A DNA stretch of 46,029 nt, filler included, from Streblomastix strix (lineage: Eukaryota): NCBI GenBank assembly GCA_008636045.1. It is 2 parts of 2 records of this genome, joined end to end, with 100 filler letters (N's around TTAATTAATTAA, not from the genome) between each part and the next. Parts side by side here need not be neighbours in the genome. Positions count along the whole stretch, not along the records: positions 23,080 to 46,029 come from SNRW01000304.1; 1 more part is not named here. One strand, written 5' to 3'. The number at the start of each line of letters is the position of its first letter. The first letter of the stretch is position 1. The position numbers and the translations under genes are program-made. Positions 29,780 through 41,211 of this stretch are shown here, in pieces. Under the pieces are notes generated by a model, which worked only from the letters and a program-made list of their open reading frames with translations, ran no database searches and had not been told where the DNA came from.

Positions 29780-32700
29780 ACTATCAAACGGCACAAAGAG
29801 TCTCGCACAAAAAGCAGCTAGAGTAATGAAGATGTGTCCACAGGCTTTTCGATTATGATAAAATGTCTACTTTCTTTGAGCTAGATAGAGACCTAGCTAA
29901 GTTCGAGTAGCAATTACGAAACGTTCACTAGAATCGAGGATGACTTCATGGAAGAGAAGGAATGTGAGGTCTACGTAGGCGAGCAAACAGGTGAAGTTCT
30001 GATGCTGTTTCGCGGTCTAGTGAAAGCGGTAGTAAAGGAACAGGGGCAGTTCAGAGTTCTCAGTAATGAAATGTAAGACTCATAGTATTAGGAATTCGAA
30101 TCAGAGGAAGAATTTAGATTGTTGTTGGCATATACTTTAGCTGATGCAGCACTAGTCAAAAATTTGCGATAGCACACAACAATTCGAGCTTCATAAACTA
30201 AGATATGAGCGTTTCTCGACACCGAATAAGACATACCAAAACTAACAGAGTCACAATAAATGTAGCCCGTATAACGCAAATGAGAGGAAGAAGCGCGAGT
30301 TACCCAAGCTACGAATCTGCTACAAGCGCAATTTAAATAATAAAGGATACATTATTATAAGTTCAATTCAATTGAAGATCAGATGGTAGCGTAACATTTA
30401 ACATCTATATTTATAGGAATATTGAAGAAAGATGCATGCGAATTTGAAAATCTTAATTACATGATCTAACTAATCGAGAAACAATAATTATTTATTAATA
30501 TCGCATGAAGTGAAACTAACACAGTATTCTCGATGCTAGAAATATAACCAACACTACATGAAGAAGGACATGAATATTCGAGAATGATATTATATGCAAT
30601 ATCAATTGTAATTTAAAGTCCTGCAAGCGTGAAATATTAGATTGCAGGAGGTGACGTATAGGAATTAGTAGGAATGATATTCAAAATATTCAAGGCATAA
30701 CTTTCGTCGATAGGTGATGTACAACGAGAGAGAGAATGCAGACATAGAAGCTTCTAATATGTAATCGTCAAAAAAGATATTTTGTCCAAATAATCGAAGT
30801 TCAACAAGTCAACAATATCTGCTTTTGTTAATTAAAGGATAGTTGCATATTAATTTGATAATGTTAACAAAATTAGGAGAAGAATGAGATCAAATTAAAG
30901 AAGACTTCAATATAAACCGAAGGCAAGATTTTAAATAAAATTCTAATTCAAAAGATAAAACAATGCAACTGGCAATGAGCCGAAAGAAAAGTATAATTCC
31001 TGATGGGTCATAAAAATCAATATTATTGTACTCTTACGCACATCTTAATCCTACTCCATTTCACGATAAACTCCATACGTATTCATCAATTATAGATATA
31101 GCCAAGACAGATAACCAACAATTATCCTGTTCATATGATCGCCAAGAAGACATTCCTAAAGCTCTTTAACAGATTAAAATAATGCAGTGCGTTGCGAACT
31201 TTCAGTTTTTTACCCTGCCTCAGATAGAGATAAAACGGTGCGTCGGAATTAAATGGCCTTTGACTCTGTCTTTATAAGAACAGTTTGTTTGGAATCATTA
31301 GTCTTGAACTTTGCAATACAATAACGCATAGTAGTGAGACGGGAATTAAATTCCTTGGACCCTACAACAAATGATTAAAGGGAAGTGCGTTGGGATGAAT
31401 TTGCATGGAATCCTGCAAAAGATATAGCGGCGCATCGGAAATTACTGGCATTTGACCATTCAATAAACAAATAAGTTATAAATTTCAGTTGCGAATAACA
31501 TTAATAACTCGAAGAAGGTGATCGAACAATCTACAATGAGAATATTTGCAACTTAACAGCAGTAGTGGCTTGACAATCAGGAATAAAATATCATGGGTTC
31601 CCTATCCTGCGAAAATATCAAGAACAAGAGTAAAGAAATGAGTTTCAACCAATCTAAAATGAAAGAAAAAGAAGATCCACACATTATAAATTTCAATTTG
31701 TTATAAGATAAGCATATACAATGGCTTTGAGGCTTAATTACAAGATGCAAGGAGAAAAATTACTTTTTAATTGGAGCAATTTAGCGAATTGTTTCGAAGA
31801 TTGGAAACAAATCAAAGCAGATCAAATAATATCAATAGGAATAAATGTATGTTGGAGGCACTTAGCGAGCCCATAGATCTTGAATTAAAACTGCATAGTC
31901 CCGATACAAAAGAGATCGGGGGAATGCAAGATGACACTTTGTAAGATAATAGATAAAGAATAAGAAGAATAGACAATAGAAAAGGACAACTTGGAATATC
32001 TAAATTAAATAAATCCTAGTTTTACCATTCAGAGGTAATATAAGAACATATCACGTTAAATGTCAGACTTTATAGTTCTCTATAAAGATTTATAATCGAA
32101 ACATTTCATTATGAAAAACATGTGCACTCATCGAAAAATGCTAAAAATAGGAGATTTGATGTTGAAGATAGATCTGAAATCAGCGTCCAGTCATGTAATA
32201 GTGGACGAGGACTTTATACCATATCTCAGATTCTCGCTTCTGAATAGATATTATCAATATTGTTCGATAAGTTTCGGAGTGAAACATGCACCTCTCACTT
32301 TCCAAATGACACTTTGACCAATGATCAGAAAAACTATAGAAGAATTGAGAGTTAGAATTCTGATGTATGGCGACCATGTCATTATCATACACTAAGACAA
32401 ATTAAAGTTATTAGAAGCAAAAGGTAGCATAATTAACATCTTGACGAACTTCGGGATGGTTAATTGATACCAATAAAGATCAGTTGATGATGATAATGGA
32501 GCGACAAGCTAAGATGAAAGGACTGATATAAAAATGAAGAAGGAAAACACAATTATAAATAATAACCAAGATAAAATTTCTGGCTTGCTTCATTGGTTCA
32601 CTTAATTTCTTACGTCTACCGAATAGGAAAATTGGTATTCACGAACAAAAATTAAATAGAAAGAATGGAAGATTCAGGAGGTTCGTATGTCTGATCCCAG

Positions 32701-34140
32701 ATAATTGAACGATAGCTCAGGATAGTCTATCGATATTTTAGAAAGGAGAAGTTACATCTGTCAATTCACCAATCCCATTAATTTAATCTACTCCAACCAA
32801 AATAGAGAAAAGGAAGGTAATTGCTATGATGTTAGCACCGAACTGGCCATCCCAATCACGGTGACCGAATCTAATAAAGTTGATCTAGAAGTGGATAATC
32901 GTGGGAAAAAGCGTAAACATATTGATTTCAGGAGGGAGAATGAGAAAATAAAGAAAATTCCTACCTCCTAGAGAGATAGTAGTCGCGATATTAGAGGTAA
33001 TAAAATGGTTGCATACCATTTGTGGCTAGCGCAGGCACTTATTAAGCTAATTATAATATAACTGGATGATTATAGTGAAAAAAGAGAAGATATACTTAAA
33101 ATTGAAGATCCTGATGTGATATTTGTAAATATTGTAACATATCTCTTGGAGTAGCAAGCAAAAGATTTAAATTATGCGAACTGTTGGATTATTATAAACA
33201 ATTTATTCAAGCCTCAATTGTTACTTAACTAAAAAGTTGATAATTCTACTGTAAGTTAGATAATGAATAAGCAGCAAACGGCTTTAAGGAAGGATAGGAA
33301 GGAAGAGCTACCTTATGATTTGAACATATTTCTGAGATACGTATAAGGGAATAATCAAGTAAACACAACACTCTCCAGATAACAACACTTAATTTTCAAC
33401 GTCACTTCAATAATGGAATTATTCGCATAGCAATTAATAGAAATTCAGAAAATAAAATCTGCCAAAGATAGAAGAAATTCATTTATAATCCAAACATCCA
33501 AATTCAAGGGTATAAGCTATGATGTCTCATTATCGTTTAGGCTAGTGTAGAACAATTCAGTATGCCAAACTATATGGATCACATCATAGTTAGCCAAAAG
33601 AAGGAATGAAAATAGATTCAAATCGATATTTTAGCTGGAATCAAAAAGAAAAGAAGAAACATACGATTAAATATCTAATGAAGTTCTTATGATAATGAAT
33701 GCAGTAGGAGTAATCTATAGAGAAACAGTTGTTTCCATTCGAAAATTCACTTTTACTAAAAGAATAGACTTAAGAGCAACTAAACTGGAGATTGATCGCT
33801 TCTTTATGCATGCTGATGGCTCTGAGGTCTTTCAGGGGCATTTTTTAGGAGCTTGAAAGATAAGATCTGCAGGAGACATGCAAACTTAGATAGATAGCTA
33901 GTATTTCAATAAAGATTGTACAAACTGATTATTTGAATGCTATGATAACTGCATAGTGTAGCGTAGTTGTTATCGTAGTATTCCACTTATCAGTCAGCAC
34001 TGTCTTCAATACACTCTTAAATGAACTTCACAACAATATGATAAATACGTTGAAGGAGAGTAGTATAGTGCCGGTAGACTTGCGCTCAAAACAGTTAATT
34101 TAACGGTCTAACTTAATTAAATTGGGCCTCAAAAGCGTGT
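29780..34140 (+). mobile_element. Degenerate DIRS-like retrotransposon, copy 2 (internally deleted)
   Basis: RT ~31900-32450: KIDLKSASSHV, YYQYCSISFGVKHAP, ILMYGDH (YxDD decayed). RNase H is largely missing. MT remnant MLAPNWPSQ at ~32830. YR remnant ~33000-33860 (YDLNIFLRY; VSIRKFTFTK..IDRFFMHADGS). Boundaries are approximate. Confidence 0.8.
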
Positions 34141-34553
34141 AAAACAGCCTAAAATAATCAAATCAATAGTTAATTCGACCTATGTTTTGAATATTTCCTG
34201 TAGGAAATTATTTATGTAGTATTTTATTACATTATTTCTTGCCATGATTGCTCTAAATCAAACAATTTCTATTTTTATTAGCGTTTAGGGGTTCCTCTTG
34301 CCTACATTATTAATTTGTTCTATTAAGCTTAAGTAATTATTTTTAGACCTTTCTTTCCATTCTCGAAGCACTTAATTTGTTTCTTATCTCGAATAAAATA
34401 TCCAACATCAAAATATTCAGTATTTGTTCCATTCTCCATCATAAATTTATAAGCTTATGACTTATCCATTTAATAATCAGAAATCTTTATCGAATTTAAA
34501 TGAAACATGGAGTTGAACGGAATTAATTACGGCTCTCTAAAAGTAAGAAGTAA

Positions 34554-35237
34554 ATGAAAGAATTGACTGATCCAAATAATTAATAAAGATTACAGTATAC
34601 AGATAGCTTAATATCCAAGGCTATTGAAGGTAACTAACTCAATAATTAATCAGGTATTGAATAAATTAATTAATCAAGTTAATCATAACGTTAGTTCAAT
34701 AAAAATAAGTACACTGATGCAGATAGAACAACTGCTTAAGTTACCTCCATTGAATTAATTGATAAATTAGCCTAACCAATAATAAGTGAACAAATAATTT
34801 AGCCAATAATTTAGCTATCAATTCAAAATGTAATCGTGGACAATCATTTGAACGCTTATCTATCCCATCCTAATCAGGAAGTTATGAAGTTTGTAGTCGA
34901 TTGTATATGGCGAACAGTTACCCATAGAAACAAAGGTGATGACTTCATTCTATCATCGGATAATTTTATTAAATTTTGATCTATAGTAACATAAGAGAAA
35001 GAAGATGATATAGAAATTGTTTTAGAGGAAAGTATTATTGCAACACACTCATGCCTAAGTAAATAATATAGGAAGAAAGAAATAATTAGAGTTATTGATG
35101 TACTGATAAAAAATGTATCGATTAATACGTTGGATAATGTACTCTGGAATAGCGTAGAAAAATTATATCGAATAAATAAAGATCTAGTTAGATTAAGTGA
35201 AGTACCTGCAATTGAAATAGACCCCGCTGAATTTTGA
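34554..35237 (+). pseudogene. Hypothetical viral protein with one in-frame TGA (~34977)
   Basis: MKELTDPNNQQRLQYTD...CIWRTVTHRNKGDDFILSSDNFIKF*SIV...EIDPAEF*. The frame is otherwise open in code 6. Confidence 0.5.
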
Positions 35238-35266
35238 AAGTTAATTTATTTTTGTAATTAAATTAA

Positions 35267-36310
35267 ATGGATGACCTTGAACTTCCTACCTAAGAATAAT
35301 TATAAGCTATGAAAGATGAACTAGATAAAATAAAAGAGATCGATAACGAATAAAAATAGTTCGAATTATTACGTGAAAAATTAATTCCATTCATTGAATA
35401 ATAAATAATTAAGTACTTCACTTACTTTAGCTAATATATTAAAAATAAGGATGTTAATTAATCTAAAATAATGACATTAAATACTAATCAAACAGTAACA
35501 GGACATAAATAATTCACTTAAACTATCTAATCGGATAAATTTATCAAAACAGGTGGCATTGATAATCAATTATTATTAGCAAATGGATCAACATCAGACA
35601 TAAGTGATTTCTTACCTAAATAATTTCCACATGCGATGGGCTAATTGATTATTGAACCGAATAACGATATACGTAATTAAGGTATTAGGATAATGAAAAA
35701 TAAAAATAATTGGGATAGCTTTGTACTAACTGGCTGCAACGCTGACCCCACAGATAGAGATGGAGTATGGAAGATGGGATCAACTTCATCATAATTCAGG
35801 ATATAAAAATAAGAAGATGAAGCATATGATTACAAGGGATTAATTATCGATTTCGATTGCACATCACTTAAATTTAACAATTAATTAGTATCTCCTTTAC
35901 CAACTCCTCCAATTGAATAAGCTATCAAATAAACACTAACTCATGGAATGTATGAATCATTTGCTTGGGGTTAATTTACAACGTATAATGGAAGGGCTTA
36001 TATATCATTGTAAGTTACACACTCCAATCCTAACACACAGTCTTAATCCACCTATACATTATTCACTGTATTTAAGGATGAAAATAAGCCTTAATTCACA
36101 GGGACACCTTTTAATATATCTTTAAATGCTGTTTTGTTCGCGTAGAAGGTAATAGGCTATCCTATATGTTGGAATGGTGCTATCCCAATAGACTGTTATA
36201 TTGATGTTAATGGTTTTGTTAGAATTAATAAAATGTGTTAGCTTAATTTACCGGACGACTTTTGTGTTTAGTTTTGTGATTCGTATGCCCTACATAATTA
36301 ATCAAGCTGA
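35267..36310 (+). CDS. Tail-fibre/receptor-binding-like virion protein 1 (347 aa)
   Basis: Open code-6 frame with a coiled N-terminus, then TNQTVTGHKQF...DKFIKTGGIDNQLLLANGS (phage-fibre-like motif) and a beta-rich C-terminus. Shares modules with the 38083 gene. Confidence 0.6.
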
Positions 36311-36362
36311 TAAAAGGTAAATTGCACCAACGAAATAAATTTAGAAAAAATTGGAAATTAAT
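36298..36362 (+). repeat. Viral intergenic ~65-bp repeat, copy C, followed by tandem CTAATTCATAYATTAATT units to ~36450
   Basis: The 40-bp core GATAAAAGGTAAATTGCACCAACGAAATAAATTTAGAAAA matches copy D in inverted orientation at 37/40 positions. Confidence 0.85.
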
Positions 36363-36462
36363 TGTTAGGCTAATTTAAGGGCTAATTCATATATTAATTC
36401 AAGGGCTAATTCATACATTAATTTACTACTCTAATTCATACATTAATTCTAGTTAATTTTAT

Positions 36463-37491
36463 TCAATTTTATCGTTTTAATATATCGAACGTATTTAAGT
36501 TTTTATTTATTATGATAAATTCGTATTTCTAAAGGCTGCTATAAATAATTATAAATTCATACTCATTTAATTCTTAAACATTATTTTCCTTATATATTTA
36601 TTTCAAATCTTATTCATATATGTTAGCCCCAACGGCAATCACATGGCATAAGACACGAGCTGATTTAAACAAATAACTCGGCCGTTAGGCGCAGAAGAAT
36701 ATGGTATTTTTACTATGCCTGCTATCACTAACCAAATGAGTGATTGATCTAGCCAGCTCACTAGTGTACCGTTAGATATCAGTATTAGATCCAATGTCAT
36801 CAAATATCATTAATGTGGAAAGTAATTATGAACTATTCAAAATTGGTATTTTTTAGAATTCTTATTCCCCATCTTATTCTATTACCTTTAATTTTTTGGA
36901 ATATTTTACTCCCTTAATTATAGGGTGAACATTGAAGCGCATAATTGTTGTAGGCTAACTAAATTCGTTAATTATTTTTATACATTCCATTTGGAAAATA
37001 TCTCGTAATCTATGTTAATATTATTTATCTGTTTCCTATTCCCCACGTTAATCTTTTTATTTATTATAATCTACTATTTATTCTTTCATTCTTGTTATGT
37101 AATCTGAATCATATCTAATATCTCGTTCTTTTAACTTCCAATAAGTATAAATTTCATTTACTTTATATTTAATTTCGTCGAATTAAGGTAGAAAAGATTA
37201 TGCTTCTGAGTAAGTTATATTAATTAATTTTATACTCTTGTTATTTAATTTAATCGCCATTGTTTCATCTGGGCCAAAGTTAGAAAAATATAATATTTAG
37301 GGATGAATGTATCGTTAATATAGTACAATTAATTTAGCCATTAGAGTTGTTTTACCACTTCTTACCGATCCAACAATATAGTGATTGGCGTTAATGAGAA
37401 AGATTGAATGTGGGGCTAATGGCCTAATTTTATATTCCTCTAATAGCGATTAATCGTCGAACGATACTTAATTTATTTATTAGGTACTCAT
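36463..37491 (-). CDS. A32-like (FtsK/HerA superfamily) genome-packaging ATPase, 342 aa, intact
   Basis: Walker A IVGSVRSGKTT, Walker B LMIFDD, then DSRHSKNTIFFCAQ (Arg-His and Gln motifs of the A32 clade). Frame checked from ATG 37491 to TGA 36463-36465. Confidence 0.9.
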
Positions 37492-37505
37492 TAAAGTTAA
37501 TATAA

Positions 37506-37880
37506 ATGAATGAGATTAGTATAATATAATTAGTTTTAAATTACTTATTTTATGGGATTAATTTTAAAGTATCAATTATTTCAGTTAGTGTACCAATCTA
37601 ATATATTTCACTGATTAAACAATTATGGGGGTATCTAGATATAATATTAGTTCCTGTTAATATATTAGTATATATAATATAATTTTGCTATCGTAGAAAG
37701 AAGATGAAGTCAAGTAGCGATTATGTTGCCGCTCTAAAGAGTAACGAATCTTCACTCAAATAATTTACCACCGAGTAATTGGAATAATTAATTAAGGAGG
37801 CAATCAAAAATAATGATATTAAACTAGCTAAGGAATATAGATATTAATTATATTTGAAGTTATTGAATGAAACAGTGTGA
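37506..37880 (+). CDS. Small hydrophobic (probable membrane) viral protein, 124 aa
   Basis: MNEISIIQLVLNYLFYGINFKVSIISVSV...WGYLDIILVPVNILVYIIQFCYRRKK...ETV*. It is divergent from the ATPase with only 14 bp between starts. Confidence 0.55.
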
Positions 37881-37889
37881 TGTTAGAAC

Positions 37890-37948
37890 TTAAACTATTT
37901 TTTAAATTTATTTCGTTGGTTCAATCTACCTTTTATCTGAACCAAATA
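37890..37948 (-). repeat. Viral intergenic repeat, copy D (inverted relative to C)
   Basis: Reverse complement reads CAGATAAAAGGTAGATTGAACCAACGAAATAAATTTAAAAAATAGTT. Confidence 0.85.
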
Positions 37949-38082
37949 ATTAGTGTAAAGTTTAAGCCGCGATTTTTCGCGGGTAGTTTGGTATAGCCTA
38001 AATTAGGCAGGACCCCAACTTTAGCCCGATAATTGATGTCAGTTCAAATTTGAGCCAGCCCTTTATTTTTGTCAGTGCTTAA

Positions 38083-39776
38083 ATGTAATAGATATAAGTG
38101 CTCACCAATTAATAAAGATCTGTTATTAGTTAATTAATTTCGACATAGATACAGTATTATTTGTAGTATGTGAAAAATAAAAGTAGTAGCTCAGGTGTAA
38201 TATAAGATGAAAACTACTAATTATTTATAGATAACTAATCCGCGTTAGTTTATGCCGATAAATAATATATATCTGACGGGTAAGCTAGTAACTTTGCTCT
38301 AAAAATAAATACAGATGGTAAGTTAATAGTTAAAGATTTATAGGTGTTAAATTTGGACTTTATATAATAAATAGTTTAAATATAATAATAGATAAATTAA
38401 CTTCAATAAAAATATGGTTAATAATCTGGGGATATTAATAATATAAATTAATCAATTACATTAATTTAGCAGGAGTTAGCTCGACAAACTCATTTTAGGG
38501 GTTATTACCTCCTTAACGCTAATATAATTAATCCAACCTCTAGTGCTACAGGTGATTTTGCTTTCTCCGCTGAAAGTGGTACGGTTTGGATGTATGAATC
38601 AGCATGGTATGACAGTGGATAATTAGTTCCTGATTAAGTGACCCCCGCTAGTTATGAACTACCCTTAGTTGATGGTACAGCTAGTGCAGGGATTAGTACT
38701 TCATATAGCAGAGGAGATCATGTTTACCTCTAACAATTAACTTATGAAGGAAATGTAACTGCAACTAAATTTATTAAGAAAGGTGGAACAGCAACTTAAA
38801 TATTATTAGCTGATGGATCAAATAAATCAATAACCGATTTTAATACAAGTGTTGTACCAAGAGCTTTTTAAATTGATCCTGCTGATGGTATATATTGGAT
38901 GTGTTTTGCTGTATTAACTATACCTAATTTTACATCTAATGGTTCATGCGGTTGTACTATGGATATTAATACTACTTATGTTACTGATTTATTTTATTAG
39001 ATTAAGTTGAATCTTAGAATATAAAACGGATATAATAGAAGATTTGAAGCTATTCAATTAGGGTCTGTATAAACAGATTTTATGATTTGTGCTGATACAC
39101 CTGAAACTTCTCTTATTTTAAGATTCTATATGAAAGTATTTACAAACAGTACTTATATACTTTTTAACATTAATTTATCATAATTTTCTGATACAAATGT
39201 TAGTAATAATTTTATACTATAAGATAATATAAATTAATATAATATAACTACTGATACATTACTTACTGGATCATTATTTACAAGTGCCGCTATATATAAA
39301 ATCAATTCTTAAACTTAGGAGGTAAAATTAATGGAATCGTATAAATTAATCCAACTACCACCAATTATTCATAAGGAATTAGAATATCACGTAATGCTGG
39401 AGGTTGTGGAATATATTTAGGTGTAGATCCAAATTAAACTTCAGGATAAATTGCAAATTAATGGGCTATCTATATTCCATACTCAGATTATGGTTAAAAT
39501 CCTTTGGGATTAACAATTTCATTAACAGGATAAGAAAATACAGCTAATCGAGGACTACGTATAAGTGCTGATGGAAACACATTAATATTCAATGGATCAG
39601 TAATTGCTGGCGCTGGTGCAACAAATGGTGCATCAAATGGTTCTGTTAATTACTCAGCTGGTAATCCGATTTTATGGGGAGTTAATAGTGTAGGCACAGA
39701 AGGTGGATTCTATAGCGATGGACCTAAAGTATATTGGCGAGCTAAACCAGTAACGTTAGGGGCTGTTCCTCCATGA
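38083..39776 (+). CDS. Tail-fibre-like virion protein 2 (~564 aa; one frameshift near 39290-39315)
   Basis: PLVDGTASAGISTSYSRGDHV (phage-fibre 'GTA..G....ARADHVH'-like), ATKFIKKGGTATQILLADGS, GIRISRN...GLRISADGNTLIFNG. The span is 1694 nt, which requires one frameshift. Confidence 0.65.
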
Positions 39777-39796
39777 TTAATTTTATTTTTATACAA

Positions 39797-40024
39797 ATGG
39801 TTTAGTTATTATAGGTTGCTATCAAACTTGGATAAAAGATTAACGCGAACAATACCGAGATATATTATATTTATTAAGCTCTAATTGAACCAATTAAATG
39901 TGAGGAAAATGAAAAAATAATTAACGAAGCAAACATAGAAGATGAAGGGGAATATATTGGAGATAAGTGTTAGGAAATGATTAAATATATTAATTACCTA
40001 TCGATAATAGCAACATATGATTGA
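39797..40024 (+). CDS. Small hypothetical viral protein, 75 aa
   Basis: ATG 39797 to TGA 40022-40024, MVQLLQVAIKLGQKINANNTEIYY...; directly follows fibre gene 2. Confidence 0.45.
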
Positions 40025-40705
40025 ATCAGATTTAATTTAACGAATAATAATTACTAAACTATTTATTTCCTACATCAGATACAAAATTATTGTATATTTA
40101 TTTTTCCTCATCATTTGTCTCAGTTAATATATACCGCTTTAATTTTTCAGCTTGAGTACTACTTAATTATTTATACTAGTTATATTAATCAATACATTTG
40201 TGATTATTTTAAGCGTAAGTTTTATTAAGGTATTACTCTTGCTCTGCTTACTTATTAAAAAATTATAATTTTTTTTATTGGTGATCAAATTACTATTTAA
40301 TTTTTTTCAACTCTTATGATAATAGTGGTTAATCTAATTAGGGCTACATTAAGTCCTTTAACTATTAAATTATTTCAGATATTAGATCCTCCTATAAATT
40401 ATTTTTGGTTAATTGTTTGATTAATTATTTCAATTATATTATTAATGATTCCATTTAATTAGCGAAAAAAATCAATTATTAATTAAATTTTTCGATTAGT
40501 GTACCTAATCAATTGGATTAGGTTAAATATGTGTAGGTTTAATAATAATTACATCACTTCTCATCTATGTTGAAGTTAACAATTTAGCTAAAGTATTTGG
40601 AACATATCCCTAAGCCTAATTTACCCCACTTAATATTTTTGAACCAAAGTTCTTATTAATATTAACTATCATATTTAAATATAAAAATAATTATTGAGTT
40701 TGGAC

Positions 40706-40909
40706 TCATCGATTAAGGAATTTATTTGCCATACCTGCAGCACCTCATACTCCTCTGGCTATCATACCTGCGGTTGGATTAATTGCACCTAATGGACCTG
40801 AAACAGCCCCCATAACTTTATGTAACACTGGCGCGACCCATTTAGCTGCAGATGTTACCCCGTGTAAAATTTTTGAGCCGAAATTCTTGAGACCTGACCA
40901 AAATCCCAT
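40706..40909 (-). CDS. Amphipathic, adenovirus protein VI-like putative membrane-lytic peptide (in-frame TGA at 40745)
   Basis: MGFWSGLKNFGSKILHGVTSAAKWVAPVLHKVMGAVSGPLGAINPTAGMIARGV*GAAGMANKFLNR*. The N-terminus resembles pVI LWSGIKNFGS. Confidence 0.6.
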
Positions 40910-40935
40910 TTGTATTAGTTTAAAATTTATTTCAA

Positions 40936-41211
40936 TCAATAAACGTCGTTCAGTGCTCCAGATTATTTAGCTCGTTTATCGAAAGCATCGCATTCGGATT
41001 ATGTTTCATCATACTCTGCAATAAATGAAGTGTTAAGAACATTAACTATTGAACCTTAATCTTTCGCATTATCCAAATAGGAATTTTTTGACTAGCCAGT
41101 AAATACATTGTTTTCTAATGGTACTAGATAGACTCGTGCTCCACTTGGGGCTAGAGGAAGTGCAACTTGTTGTTGTGTTTAGACCTGCTAAGTTAATTGG
41201 ACAATTACCAT
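40936..41211 (-). CDS. Hypothetical viral protein (~91 aa, 5' end uncertain)
   Basis: Code-6 frame ...QTQQQVALPLAPSGARVYLVPLENNVF...KQSGALNDVY*. Confidence 0.45.

Noticed and set aside
29421..34439. TTGYTCCATTCTCCAT direct repeat flanking DIRS copy 2 as a TSD or LTR
   Set aside because: The left copy lies inside the coding RNase H relic and DIRS elements usually make no TSD. Probably chance.
31900..39776. RT near fibre genes as a diversity-generating retroelement
   Set aside because: The RT is DIRS-type with MT and YR remnants, and no template/variable repeat pair differing at adenines was seen.
40030..40670. Possible minus-strand viral ORF
   Set aside because: Multiple TGAs and ambiguous frames; no product can be supported.
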